From Candidatus Zixiibacteriota bacterium (GTDB taxonomy: Bacteria; RBG-13-66-14; B26-G2; WVWN01): a stretch of 64,000 nt of DNA. The notes under the pieces are model-generated. The model did no database searches, was not told where the DNA came from, and saw only the letters and a program-made list of their open reading frames with translations. Shown here in pieces: positions 36,048-45,291 of the stretch. The stretch's first letter is position 1, and every line of letters begins with the position of its first letter. Both the position numbers and the translations under genes were made by a program. Location: NCBI GenBank assembly GCA_030613505.1, contig JAUWLW010000007.1, positions 6,360-70,359 on the forward strand, written 5' to 3'.

Positions 36048-36533
36048 ATGGGCGTCTTATTGTACAGGGTAGACGACCGTTTGATACACGGCCAGGTCGT
36101 CGTCGGTTGGGGGCGTTTTCTAAAGATCAATTCTATACTGGTATGCAGTGAACGGGTAGCGGACGACGAATTGGCTCGTACGATGATGGAGATGGGCGCG
36201 CCGGCGGACGTCAAGGTAGAGGTGCTACGGCCGAAGGAGGCCGCGGCGAAGCTCAACCGCGACGCCTTCGCCGAGCGCGACGCCATCGTACTTTTCGAAA
36301 CGCCGGCCGACGCCCTCTACCTTTTAAATATGAACGTAAAAATCGAGAAGTTAAACATCGGCGGTATGCACTTCCGCCCCGGGAAACGGCAGATAATGGA
36401 AAGCGTTTCGGTGGACAAAGAAGACTGCCGGGCGCTCCACGAACTCTCCGCCCGGAACGTCGAGGTTTACTTCCAGATGGTACCGCAAGCCCGGCCGGTA
36501 GAGATCATTTCGAAGCTGCCGTGCGACCTATGA
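36048..36533 (+). CDS. PTS mannose-family EIIB component
   Basis: LYRVDDRLIHGQVVVGW is the EIIB-Man active-site His motif. Confidence 0.85.
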   Translation: MGVLLYRVDDRLIHGQVVVGWGRFLKINSILVCSERVADDELARTMMEMGAPADVKVEVLRPKEAAAKLNRDAFAERDAIVLFETPADALYLLNMNVKIEKLNIGGMHFRPGKRQIMESVSVDKEDCRALHELSARNVEVYFQMVPQARPVEIISKLPCDL

Positions 36534-38611
36534 ACGGCCCGCCGTCGAGGCTGAGCGAAACGTTTGGAGAGCGGGACGGGCGGTTAATATTCGCCTTCGC
36601 GGTACACGACCATCAACCCGTCGGCAACTTCCCGGAAGTCGTAGCGCGCGTTCACGAACGTGCGTACGCACCCTTCTTCGAAGTCGTAAAGCGGCACCCC
36701 TGCGTCAAGTTCTCGCTTCATATATCGGGGGCCTTATTAGAGTGGATGGAGAGCGAAGCGCCGGACGCGGTTACCGCGATCAGGGAAATGGTGGCGGAAG
36801 GACAGTGCGAAATACTGACGGGCACGTATTACGAAGCCCTTGCGCCGGTGGCACCCGAGCACGACGTTAAAAGCTCGATCGTCGCGTACGCCGCCAAATT
36901 AGCGAACGTTTTCGGCGCTGAAACCGGGGGAATGTGGCTTGCCGAAAGGGTTTACGAGCCGCACTTGCCGAGCATCTTGGCCGACGCCAACGTACGCTAT
37001 ACGGCCTTGGACGATTGGCATTTTCGGACCGCGGGGATCGCGCCCGACGAGCTCGACCGTCCGTGGTTGGCCGAGCACCAGGGCGCGACCGTGACGGCGT
37101 GCCCCATATCGGAACGCTTGCGGTACTCGGTACCGTTCGCACCGGCGGGCGAAGTTATCGGTTACCTCAGAGAATTATACGAAGCGGGGGCGCGGATGGC
37201 GTGCCTCGCCGACGACGGCGAAAAATTCGGCGAGTGGCCCGGCACTCATAAACTCTGCTACGAGGACGGTTGGTTGGACGCATTCTTCGCGGCGCTAGCT
37301 GACAACGGCGATTGGCTGCGCGTAACAACGTTGGGAGAGGCGGTCGCCGCCGTACCCGCCGCGGGCCCCGCGTACCTTCCGGCAACCTCATACCGAGAGA
37401 TGACGCGTTGGGCCTTGCCGACCGAAACGCAGCGGCGCCTCGAGCGATTGGGGCCCGACTTTGCCGCCAGCGACCTGGTTACGGGGGGCGGGTTCCGCTC
37501 TTTCTTCCAGAAGTACGCCGAAGTTAACTTCTTCCACAAGCGAGTCCAAGAAGTTAGTCGGCGTTTGGAAGAGGTAGACGACCGCCCCGATATGCAAGCG
37601 GACCGGATCCGGCGCCACCTTTGGCGGGCGGAAGCCAACGATGCCTATTGGCACGGTGTCTTCGGCGGCTTCTACTTACCGCATCTCCGCCGGGGCGTTA
37701 AAAACGAACTCGTCCGCGCCGAAGAGATGCTCGACCATTATTTAGGAACTTCGGCGAGCGAGCAAATAGGCGACTTGGACGCAGACGGCGTGGCCGAAAT
37801 CACGTTGAAGAACGAAAACGTCGTGGCTGTGCTTACGGCACAGGGTTTAGCGGCGGTGGAATTCACGCGGCGTTCGCCGCCGGCCGTTCTGACCGACGTT
37901 CCGGCCAGGCGCCCCGAACCTTATCACGATAAGCTGGTAGCGCTCGAAGACGGCGGCGACGGCGCGCCGAAGACAATACACGCGCCGCACCGTGTCAAAG
38001 AATCCGGCCTTGAAAATTACCTCATTTACGACCGGCATCCTAAAAGGTTATTCCTGGAGCGCCTGTTCGAAGGCGATGCGGACGCCGAGGCGTACGCGCG
38101 CGAGGATGCGGCTGAGTTCGTACCGTTTTCGTGGGGTAGGCCTGTTCGAGACGCCGGCGGTTGGCGCGTCCGCGGCGCGCTTAACGCCAGGCCGCGCGCG
38201 ACGGTAGAAGTGGATAAAAAAATCGCGCTATCCGAACGGGGCCTTGCTTTGAACTACCTATTTTCCACGAAACTCTCTAAGCCGACGATCCTTGGGATAG
38301 AATTAACTTTAAATATTAGGTCCGAATCGCCTGGTCACGCGTTTCTTAGAAGCCGTGGCGAGTTCGGGTGTAACGACGTTTTCGCGGCTCCCGAAGAGAC
38401 AGCGTTCGTGATAGCCGACCGCCTCGCCGAATGGGAGATAACTTTAACGCTCGAGCCCGCCTACGCGCTGTGGCACGCGCCGATATATACCGTCAATCGT
38501 TCAGAGTGCGGTTTCGAAAAGGTTTACCAAGGGTCGTCTTTTTTCTTTTGGCGGCGGCAACCGGAAGGCGATAGCAGCTTCGAAAGTAGCATCGCATTAA
38601 AGGTCAGCTGA
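36521..38611 (+). CDS. Glycoside hydrolase family 57 (alpha-glucan-active; amylase/4-alpha-glucanotransferase-like) with C-terminal extension
   Basis: GH57 region I FAVHDHQP, the nucleophile region GGMWLAERVYEP, the acid/base region ADDGEKFGEWPG, and no signal peptide. It overlaps the EIIB stop and ends 5 nt before EIIC. Confidence 0.75.
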   Translation: MRPMNGPPSRLSETFGERDGRLIFAFAVHDHQPVGNFPEVVARVHERAYAPFFEVVKRHPCVKFSLHISGALLEWMESEAPDAVTAIREMVAEGQCEILTGTYYEALAPVAPEHDVKSSIVAYAAKLANVFGAETGGMWLAERVYEPHLPSILADANVRYTALDDWHFRTAGIAPDELDRPWLAEHQGATVTACPISERLRYSVPFAPAGEVIGYLRELYEAGARMACLADDGEKFGEWPGTHKLCYEDGWLDAFFAALADNGDWLRVTTLGEAVAAVPAAGPAYLPATSYREMTRWALPTETQRRLERLGPDFAASDLVTGGGFRSFFQKYAEVNFFHKRVQEVSRRLEEVDDRPDMQADRIRRHLWRAEANDAYWHGVFGGFYLPHLRRGVKNELVRAEEMLDHYLGTSASEQIGDLDADGVAEITLKNENVVAVLTAQGLAAVEFTRRSPPAVLTDVPARRPEPYHDKLVALEDGGDGAPKTIHAPHRVKESGLENYLIYDRHPKRLFLERLFEGDADAEAYAREDAAEFVPFSWGRPVRDAGGWRVRGALNARPRATVEVDKKIALSERGLALNYLFSTKLSKPTILGIELTLNIRSESPGHAFLRSRGEFGCNDVFAAPEETAFVIADRLAEWEITLTLEPAYALWHAPIYTVNRSECGFEKVYQGSSFFFWRRQPEGDSSFESSIALKVS

Positions 38612-38615
38612 GGAA

Positions 38616-39332
38616 ATGTTAGAGGGGTTCGTATTATTGGCGTGCGCGGAACGGGCGATTTGCGTCGCGTTCGTCGGCGCTCTATTAGGGTTGGATAACA
38701 TCGCCATAGGCCAATTTATGTTGGCGCAACCGGCGGTAGGCGCCGTTTTAGTCGGCTATATGGTGGGCGAGCCGTTGTTGGGCGTGTGGGCGGCGTTAAC
38801 GTTCCAACTTCTATGGTTGGGCCAGATCCCCGTCGGCGCATACGTTCCGCCAAGCGCACCGATTACGGCCATTGCCGCGGTCGGTTTGGCCGGGCCCTCG
38901 GCGGCGCCGTTGCCGGCTCGAGCGGTCGCGGCGGCGTTCCTCGCTATACCGGTCGGCGTATTGGCGGGCAAGCTGGATTTTTGGATTAAAAGCCGAAACG
39001 TCGGCATTTTGCACCGGAGCGAGAACGATTTGCTAGACGGTAGGCCGCTCGCGCTCGGCGGCGCGGTTATAAAAGGCGTGGCGAATTTTTTCTTGAAAGA
39101 CTTTTTCCTCCTGCTTGTGGCAATCTTCGTCGGCTCGGCGTTGCTCACGTTGGCGTTAAGGCACATAACGCCGGGTTGGTACCCCGGCTTGGAGCTCGCG
39201 TTCGTAATTTCGCCCGCCGTGGGCATCGGCGCCGCGTTGAAGGTTTACTGGAAGGCCCGGAACCTGGCGGCTTTCGGCGTCGGCGCCGTAGTCGCGGCCG
39301 CCGTCGCCTTTATATTCTCGTTCTTAATATGA
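38616..39332 (+). CDS. PTS mannose-family EIIC component
   Basis: 238 aa polytopic membrane protein with EIIC-Man-like topology and a Gly-rich loop. Confidence 0.8.
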   Translation: MLEGFVLLACAERAICVAFVGALLGLDNIAIGQFMLAQPAVGAVLVGYMVGEPLLGVWAALTFQLLWLGQIPVGAYVPPSAPITAIAAVGLAGPSAAPLPARAVAAAFLAIPVGVLAGKLDFWIKSRNVGILHRSENDLLDGRPLALGGAVIKGVANFFLKDFFLLLVAIFVGSALLTLALRHITPGWYPGLELAFVISPAVGIGAALKVYWKARNLAAFGVGAVVAAAVAFIFSFLI

Positions 39333-40108
39333 AACGCACGAGACAGCAGGGTGACCCGCCGTTGCCGCGCCGCACGCGCGCGGAGATGATAATCCGTTCG
39401 TTGTTCATCCAGGCTACGAACAATTTCGAGCGTATGCTGTCGTTGGGATTTTTATTCGCGCTATGGCCGGTGGTGAAGAGGTTATACCGTACACCCGAAA
39501 AGCGTCGAGAAGTCGTGATCAGGCATCTATCTTTTTTTAATACGCAGCCGTACTTCGCGAATTGTATTTTGGGCGTCGTAGCACATGTCGAGCTCGACCG
39601 CGGCGAGAACTTGAACGTTGAGGTTGCGAATATAAAAAACGCCATGATGGGTGCTCTCGGCGCTCTGGGCGACGACTTGTTCTGGACGGGCCTGATGCCT
39701 GCGGCGGCTTTATTAGCGCTGGTTTTTTACGGCGCTCTGCCGGGCTACGCCCTCGTCGGCGCGATCTCGGCGCTAGTTGTATATAACGTCTTCCATTTTT
39801 GGGCGAGGATAAAGCTCTTTAACGTGGGCCTGAGACTCGGTCGCAGGGTAACGAGTTATCTGAAAATGCTTCGCCTTCCTCGTTTTGCCGTGAGCGTCAA
39901 AGTAGTCGCTTCATTTCTTTTGGGGGCGTTTACGGTGGCCGTAATGTGGCGTGCAATACAAACCGGCTTCGGAGGTTTCGGAGCCGCGGCGGCGGTGGGC
40001 GGCGCCGTGCTCGCGTCGGTAGTCGTCCAAAGTTTAGGCGTTAAGCCGGGGCTGTGTTGGTACCTGGTGGCCGCGGCCGCGACGGTCGTGGGAGTGCTGA
40101 CGGCGTAG
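39329..40108 (+). CDS. PTS mannose-family EIID component
   Basis: ATG overlapping the EIIC stop (ATGA). RHLSFFNTQPYFANCILGVVAHVE matches the EIID-Man signature. The track ORF from 39176 is over-extended. Confidence 0.8.
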   Translation: MKRTRQQGDPPLPRRTRAEMIIRSLFIQATNNFERMLSLGFLFALWPVVKRLYRTPEKRREVVIRHLSFFNTQPYFANCILGVVAHVELDRGENLNVEVANIKNAMMGALGALGDDLFWTGLMPAAALLALVFYGALPGYALVGAISALVVYNVFHFWARIKLFNVGLRLGRRVTSYLKMLRLPRFAVSVKVVASFLLGAFTVAVMWRAIQTGFGGFGAAAAVGGAVLASVVVQSLGVKPGLCWYLVAAAATVVGVLTA

Positions 40109-40113
40109 GTCTT

Positions 40114-40383
40114 ATGGCGGCGATTCGTAAAAAGGTTACGGTTCAGCAAAAGTACGGCTTACACGCGCGCCCGGCGTCGTCGTTCGTGAAGCTTGCCCGT
40201 GTATTCGAAGCCGACATAATACTGGAAAAGAATGGCGAGCGCGTCAACGGCAAATCTATTATGGGCGTCATGATGTTGGCCGTGTCCCGGGGCGAAACGG
40301 TATACCTGGAAGTGGATGGTCCCGACAGGGAGCGCGCGTGCGAACGGCTTAAATCATTTCTGGAAGACGGTACCGACGAGTAA
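40114..40383 (+). CDS. ptsH: Phosphocarrier protein HPr
   Basis: GLHARPAS active-site His15 motif and a Ser46 region (NGKSIMGVMML); 89 aa from MAAIRKK. Confidence 0.85.
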   Translation: MAAIRKKVTVQQKYGLHARPASSFVKLARVFEADIILEKNGERVNGKSIMGVMMLAVSRGETVYLEVDGPDRERACERLKSFLEDGTDE

Positions 40384-40389
40384 CTAGAC

Positions 40390-42141
40390 GTGAGAGAGTT
40401 TACAGGCATTCCGGCAAGTGGCGGCGTAGCGCTTGGTAGAGCGTTCGTCGTAGCCCCGCGCGAGCTGACGGTCGAGCGGCGCGATATAGCCCTCGACGAG
40501 GTCGAGGCGGAACAAATGCGGCTGGAGCGGGCGCTCGCCGTAACGCGCGACGAGTTCGCGTCGCTGCGGGACGAGGTCAAAAAACACGAGGCGTCGATAC
40601 GGGCCGAGATATTGGACGCGTACATGTTGGTACTGGACGACGAAATGCTGACCGAAAAAGCTCGCGATATGATCCGCGAAGATAGGGTATCGGCCGAGTA
40701 CGCGTTCAAAACGACGCTCGACGAAATGCTCGTGGTCTTTGAGGCTATGGAAGACCCGTACTTCCGCGAGCGCGCCGTAGATTTGCGGGGCGTCGGCAAC
40801 CGCGTCGTAATGAACCTTCTGGGCGTGGCCTACCGTCTTTTCGAGGACGTTAGTGATAATTCGATACTCGTGGCCCACGACCTGCCGCCCTCCGACGCGG
40901 CCGCGCTGCCGCGCGAAAAAGTCGGCGCCATCGTTACCGAAGTCGGTAGCCGGACATCCCACACCGCGATTATAGCCCGCAGCATGGAGGTGCCGGCGGT
41001 AGTAGGCGCCGACGGCGTCGTTGGTTACGTCCGCGCGGGAGACAGTTTGGTCGTGGACGGCATAAACGGGCGCGTTGTCGTAAACCCGACCGACGAGGTC
41101 GAGGCGAGCTACGAGGAATTGGGGCGCGAACTATTGGCGGAAGAAAAACGCCGCGCCCGAGTGGCAGAACTCCCCGCAACGACGCTCGACGGATACCGGA
41201 TAGAGCTCTCGGCTAATATCGAACTCTTAGCCGAACTCGAAGCCGTAGCACGCCACGGCTGCGACGGCGTCGGCTTGTACCGTACGGAGTTCTTATTCCT
41301 GCACCGGAGCGACTTGCCGTCCGAAGAGGAACAACTGGACGCGTATCGGAAAGTAGCCGAGGCCTCCTTTCCGCACTCCTGCATTATCAGAACCATCGAC
41401 ATCGGCGGCGATAAGTTTTTATCTTTTCCCGAGGTGGCTCGTGAGATCAACCCTTTCCTCGGCTTACGCGCGATACGGTTTTGCCTCAAGCGCCGGGATA
41501 TATTCCGGACGCAACTTCGCGCTATCTTGCGAACTACCGCGTACGGGAAAGTAAAGATTATGTTTCCCATGATTTCCGACGTGGAGGAACTGCGCACCGC
41601 CAAAGAAATTCTGGCGGACGTTAAGCGCGAGCTCGAGCGGGAAGGGCGTTTCGTCGACGAAGCGCTCGAAGTGGGCATTATGGTCGAGGTCCCGTCGGCG
41701 GCGCTCAGCGCCGACTTATTGGCCCAGGAGTGCGACTTCTTCAGCTTGGGTACCAACGACTTAATCCAATACACTTTGGCGGTCGACCGGGGCAACGAAA
41801 AAATCGCCTATCTATACGAGCCCTTTCACCCCGCGGTACTGAAGCTTATAAAAACAACCGCCGACGCCGCCCATCGTAATAGTATATGGATAGGTATATG
41901 CGGCGAAATGATCGCGGACCCCAAAGCGGCCATACTTTTGTTGGGCCTGTCCTTCGACGAATTCAGCGCGAGCCCGGCTTCCGTTCCGGATATCAAGATA
42001 GCCTTGAGGGCTGCGCGGTACGTCGACGCGCGCCGGGTCGCCGAACGGGCAGTCACAATGACGTCAGCTTCTGAGATTCGGTCTTTTTTAACCCGCGAGC
42101 TAGCCGAAATGGGCGTACCGGCGGTTCGATGCCAATGGTAA
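40390..42141 (+). CDS. ptsI: Phosphoenolpyruvate-protein phosphotransferase (Enzyme I)
   Basis: 583 aa with the phosphohistidine domain GSRTSHTAIIARSMEVPAVVG and a C-terminal PEP-utilising domain (GICGEM); GTG start. Confidence 0.9.
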   Translation: MREFTGIPASGGVALGRAFVVAPRELTVERRDIALDEVEAEQMRLERALAVTRDEFASLRDEVKKHEASIRAEILDAYMLVLDDEMLTEKARDMIREDRVSAEYAFKTTLDEMLVVFEAMEDPYFRERAVDLRGVGNRVVMNLLGVAYRLFEDVSDNSILVAHDLPPSDAAALPREKVGAIVTEVGSRTSHTAIIARSMEVPAVVGADGVVGYVRAGDSLVVDGINGRVVVNPTDEVEASYEELGRELLAEEKRRARVAELPATTLDGYRIELSANIELLAELEAVARHGCDGVGLYRTEFLFLHRSDLPSEEEQLDAYRKVAEASFPHSCIIRTIDIGGDKFLSFPEVAREINPFLGLRAIRFCLKRRDIFRTQLRAILRTTAYGKVKIMFPMISDVEELRTAKEILADVKRELEREGRFVDEALEVGIMVEVPSAALSADLLAQECDFFSLGTNDLIQYTLAVDRGNEKIAYLYEPFHPAVLKLIKTTADAAHRNSIWIGICGEMIADPKAAILLLGLSFDEFSASPASVPDIKIALRAARYVDARRVAERAVTMTSASEIRSFLTRELAEMGVPAVRCQW

Positions 42142-43091
42142 ATAAAGCTCTATATATTTCGTTGGCGTTGGCCGCTTTGGCCTGCCGCAGCGACCTGCTC
42201 TTGGGCAAGGTCGAGGGCGTGGCTGCCAATATTTACGCCCCCAACGGCCGGACGCCGGCTTACCGCGCGGAAGTCGCGGTCGCCGACGTCAAGCCGGGTG
42301 GCTACTACGGCGAGGCCGTTACGTCGGCCAGCGGTTATTTCACTATAACTGTCATACCCGACGGGTCATACCGCGCTAACGTAACCTCGCCGAACGGCTT
42401 GTTAAAAAGCAATTTCCACGCCGACGTCGTCGACGGCTATTCGGCGGGCGGCGTCGAAGTGTTACTGGCGCCGGCGAGAGCCGGTACGTTCGTTAACGTC
42501 CCTGGCCGTTATGACGATATGGGGACGATCTTCGTAGACCTCGGCTACCGATATAAAACCCTCGGCGTAGAAGCGCTCGCCCAAAAGCAAAACCCGTTGC
42601 GGGGCGCGGACATAGTGTGCCTCAACAGCGGCGTCGATACGACGTGGGCTCAGAACGAGACGGTTATTAAGAACTTAAAATCGTTCGTGGAAAAGGGAGG
42701 GCGCCTGATAGCGACGGATCAAGCGTGGCCGTTTGTCAAGGCTTCGTGGCCGGGGAAAGTAACCTGGCCGACCGACCCGGCCGTAGGGAGTCCGTATCAA
42801 GACGTCGAGGGGGCATTCGTCGACGCCGACCTAAAAAGATGCGCTGCGGTTCCGAGGTGGCGGTTAAGGTACGACCTGGGGAACTGGGCCGTCCCGACCG
42901 ATACGACAGGTACGGTTTTCGTTCGCGGCGACGTCGAAACGACGTCCGGCAAAAGGGCCAACGCGCCGTTGCTCATCGGATTTGGATACGGCCGCGGCTT
43001 CGTCTCCTTCGGCACGTTCGATTGGCGAACGCAATATCGGCATGGCCGGCTGGCGACCCGCGTCTTTAACTATCTTATAACTAATAAGTAA
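42129..43091 (+). CDS. Secreted hypothetical protein (N-terminal CarboxypepD_reg-like beta-sandwich)
   Basis: Signal peptide ALYISLALAALAC; the SGYFTITVIPDGSYRANV motif is typical of carboxypeptidase-regulatory-like domains. Confidence 0.55.
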   Translation: MPMVNKALYISLALAALACRSDLLLGKVEGVAANIYAPNGRTPAYRAEVAVADVKPGGYYGEAVTSASGYFTITVIPDGSYRANVTSPNGLLKSNFHADVVDGYSAGGVEVLLAPARAGTFVNVPGRYDDMGTIFVDLGYRYKTLGVEALAQKQNPLRGADIVCLNSGVDTTWAQNETVIKNLKSFVEKGGRLIATDQAWPFVKASWPGKVTWPTDPAVGSPYQDVEGAFVDADLKRCAAVPRWRLRYDLGNWAVPTDTTGTVFVRGDVETTSGKRANAPLLIGFGYGRGFVSFGTFDWRTQYRHGRLATRVFNYLITNK

Positions 43092-43169
43092 TATTGAGAA
43101 TACGTCAATTGTGCCGCCGCGTCCCGGCGGCCTATACGGGCGCGTCGAGCGGCGCGCTCTTCGTGTACC

Positions 43170-43694
43170 ATGAAAAAAGAACCTGGGGTTCTTCCAATTT
43201 TAGGAGTGATAGCCGCCCCCGGCGTATCGCTGGAAGACGTCGTCCGGGCGGCGAACGACGAACTCTTCGAAACGGCGCAAAGTACCGAACCGGTACCCTT
43301 CTGCTTGACCGACTACTACCAACAGGAGATGGGGACGGGACTTATACGCCTTTGGCGCGCCGGCACACGGCTGGTCCCACCTTCGGCGCTCGCCGACCAC
43401 AAGTTGACCGGAGCAGCGCTGGAAGACCGGTGGCGTCAGGGGGGCGACAGGCGAGTTAACCTCGACCCGGGGTACGTTTCGGCGCTGCAAATGGTGCTCG
43501 CGACGACTAAGCCGCTGCCGCAAGCGATTTACCTCCGCGACGGCATCTACGCGGTCGTCGAGCTTATTTATCGTGACCGGGCTTTCGCAGCGTTGCCGTG
43601 GACGTACCCCGACTACCGGAAAGCCGCGGCGGAAAACCTGTTCGAACCTTTCCGGTCGCACTTTTTAAAGCTACGGCGGGAAAAGGAGAAGTAA
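43170..43694 (+). CDS. Hypothetical protein (possibly DUF4416-like)
   Basis: 174 aa; it ends 6 nt before tsaE. The family assignment is from memory and weak. Confidence 0.5.
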   Translation: MKKEPGVLPILGVIAAPGVSLEDVVRAANDELFETAQSTEPVPFCLTDYYQQEMGTGLIRLWRAGTRLVPPSALADHKLTGAALEDRWRQGGDRRVNLDPGYVSALQMVLATTKPLPQAIYLRDGIYAVVELIYRDRAFAALPWTYPDYRKAAAENLFEPFRSHFLKLRREKEK

Positions 43695-43699
43695 GCACC

Positions 43700-44164
43700 T
43701 TGCGAGTGACGGTTACCGATTCTCCCCAAGCGACGGCGGTGCTAGGCGAAAAGCTCGCGGGTGCATTACCGCCGGGTGCCGTTATCCTACTGAACGGCGA
43801 CCTGGGAGGTGGCAAGACGACTTTCGTAGGAGGCTTGGCGCGGGGTTTAAAAGCAGCGCAGGAGGCACGGAGCCCGAGCTTCACGCTCGTGCGGGAATAC
43901 GGCCCGCTAGTACACGTGGACTTGTACCGGCTCGACGCGGCGGAAGCCGCCGGCCTCGGCTGGGAAGACTATCTCGACGACAAGCGAATCGTCGCCGTGG
44001 AATGGAGCTCGCACCTACCTCCCGGCTTTTGGGGCAAAGGTTCCTTTTTAATAAAGCTATATTTCGAAATTGTAGACGAGAAACGCCGGCGGATAGTTTT
44101 GAAATGCGGCGAATCGGCCGCGGCGAAGCTCCGGCGGCGGCTCGAGCGTTTATTTTGCGTGTAG
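43700..44164 (+). CDS. tsaE: tRNA threonylcarbamoyladenosine biosynthesis protein TsaE
   Basis: LNGDLGGGKTTFVGGLARGL P-loop, SPSFTLVREY and VHVDLYRL motifs. TTG start at 43700 (the track ORF begins upstream at 43598). Confidence 0.8.
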   Translation: MRVTVTDSPQATAVLGEKLAGALPPGAVILLNGDLGGGKTTFVGGLARGLKAAQEARSPSFTLVREYGPLVHVDLYRLDAAEAAGLGWEDYLDDKRIVAVEWSSHLPPGFWGKGSFLIKLYFEIVDEKRRRIVLKCGESAAAKLRRRLERLFCV

Positions 44165-44793
44165 TCGCATTAGAGACTTCTACTACTCGGGCCTCCGTAG
44201 CGTTCGTGGATGCTGCGTCGTCTTTCGAGGCGGCTCGCCGCATAGACGCGAAAGGGCGTTTGTCGCGCGTTTTAATACCGGCCCTCCGAGAGTTGGGAAA
44301 GGAGGCGTGGCCGGTGGCGGAAGCGGATTTGATAGTGACGGCGAGCGGGCCCGGGTCGTTCACGGGCCTCAGGGTCGGCATGGCCGCGGCCAAGGGTTTG
44401 GCGTTCGTCACCGGTTTGCCGCTCGTAGCCGTGTCCTCGCTCGCCGCCGTCGCGGCGGCGGCCCGCGACGACGGCGTCGTGGTAACGGCGTTGGACGCCC
44501 GGGGCGGTTATTATTTCTACGCCGCTTACGACAACACGGGTTCTTATCCGGAGGAAATCCTGGCCGCCGATATTGGAGACGAGGCTGCCTTAGCGAGTTT
44601 GCCGTACGACGTGTACGCCGGCCCGGTGACGCCGCCGGCCTGGCTCAGACCGGGCCGGCCGGCGGGCCGCTGGCTCGAGGTATGGCCCGACGCCGCGGTA
44701 TTAGGTCGGTTGGGCGCTCGGGCGTTCGACCGCCGTGGCCCCGACGACGTAGCGACGCTTCGGCCTTATTACCTTAAAAGAGGGCAAGTGTGA
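44155..44793 (+). CDS. tsaB: tRNA threonylcarbamoyladenosine biosynthesis protein TsaB
   Basis: TTG start giving MRVVALETSTTRASVAF. ASGPGSFTGLRVGMAAAKGLA motif. Overlaps tsaE by 10 nt. Confidence 0.8.
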   Translation: MRVVALETSTTRASVAFVDAASSFEAARRIDAKGRLSRVLIPALRELGKEAWPVAEADLIVTASGPGSFTGLRVGMAAAKGLAFVTGLPLVAVSSLAAVAAAARDDGVVVTALDARGGYYFYAAYDNTGSYPEEILAADIGDEAALASLPYDVYAGPVTPPAWLRPGRPAGRWLEVWPDAAVLGRLGARAFDRRGPDDVATLRPYYLKRGQV

Positions 44794-45260
44794 AAGTTAC
44801 GTTAAGGTCCGCGGAACCGGGTGACGTGCCGGCGATAAGCACCATCGAAAAGACGGCGTTTCCTTGTCCCTGGCCCGAGCGCGCCCTCTACGGCGAAATC
44901 GAAAACGACTTGGCTACGTTCAAAGTCTTATCGCTCGAGGGAAAGGTGATAGGCTACTACGACTTGTGGATATGCGCCGACGAGGCCCATCTACTAAACG
45001 TTGCCGTCGCGCCGCGGGCGCGGCGCCGAGGATACGGTACGGTATTAGTAAAGGACGCGATCGGCGAAGCTGAAAGCCGCGGCTGCCGCCGGATCGTTTT
45101 GGAGGTACGACCCGGCAACTGCGCTGCGATTTGCCTCTACGGAGAATTTGGTTTCAAAACCGTAGCGCGCTGGCCGCGTTATTACGCGAACGGCGAAGAC
45201 GCCGACGTTATGTTAAAAGACCTTGGGGCCGCCCCCAATACGTCGAAAGGCGCCCGCTGA
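44790..45260 (+). CDS. rimI: Ribosomal-protein-alanine N-acetyltransferase
   Basis: GNAT motifs (RRRGYGTVLV); canonical tsaE-tsaB-rimI order; GTG start overlapping tsaB by 4 nt. Confidence 0.85.
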   Translation: MKVTLRSAEPGDVPAISTIEKTAFPCPWPERALYGEIENDLATFKVLSLEGKVIGYYDLWICADEAHLLNVAVAPRARRRGYGTVLVKDAIGEAESRGCRRIVLEVRPGNCAAICLYGEFGFKTVARWPRYYANGEDADVMLKDLGAAPNTSKGAR

Positions 45261-45291
45261 CCGGCCTCTTTATTAAATTACCGGTTTGGAT

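Noticed and set aside
43094-43459. ORFs in the short gap between the secreted protein and the DUF4416-like gene (43094..43459 plus strand, 43200..43661 minus strand)
   Set aside because: They overlap the better-supported 43170..43694 gene in other frames, and their products are Arg-rich with no motifs. A GCCGCCG-cgtcc-CGGCGGC hairpin at about 43114-43132 may be a terminator for the upstream gene but lacks a U-tract.
43670-43700. Apparent 1-nt inconsistency between my hand translation and the ORF track around the stop of 43170..43694 and the start of tsaE
   Set aside because: Downstream coordinates (for example the GTG at 44790 and the stop at 44162-44164) agree with the track, so this is most likely my own miscount of the A-run near 43680. 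I used the track frames.
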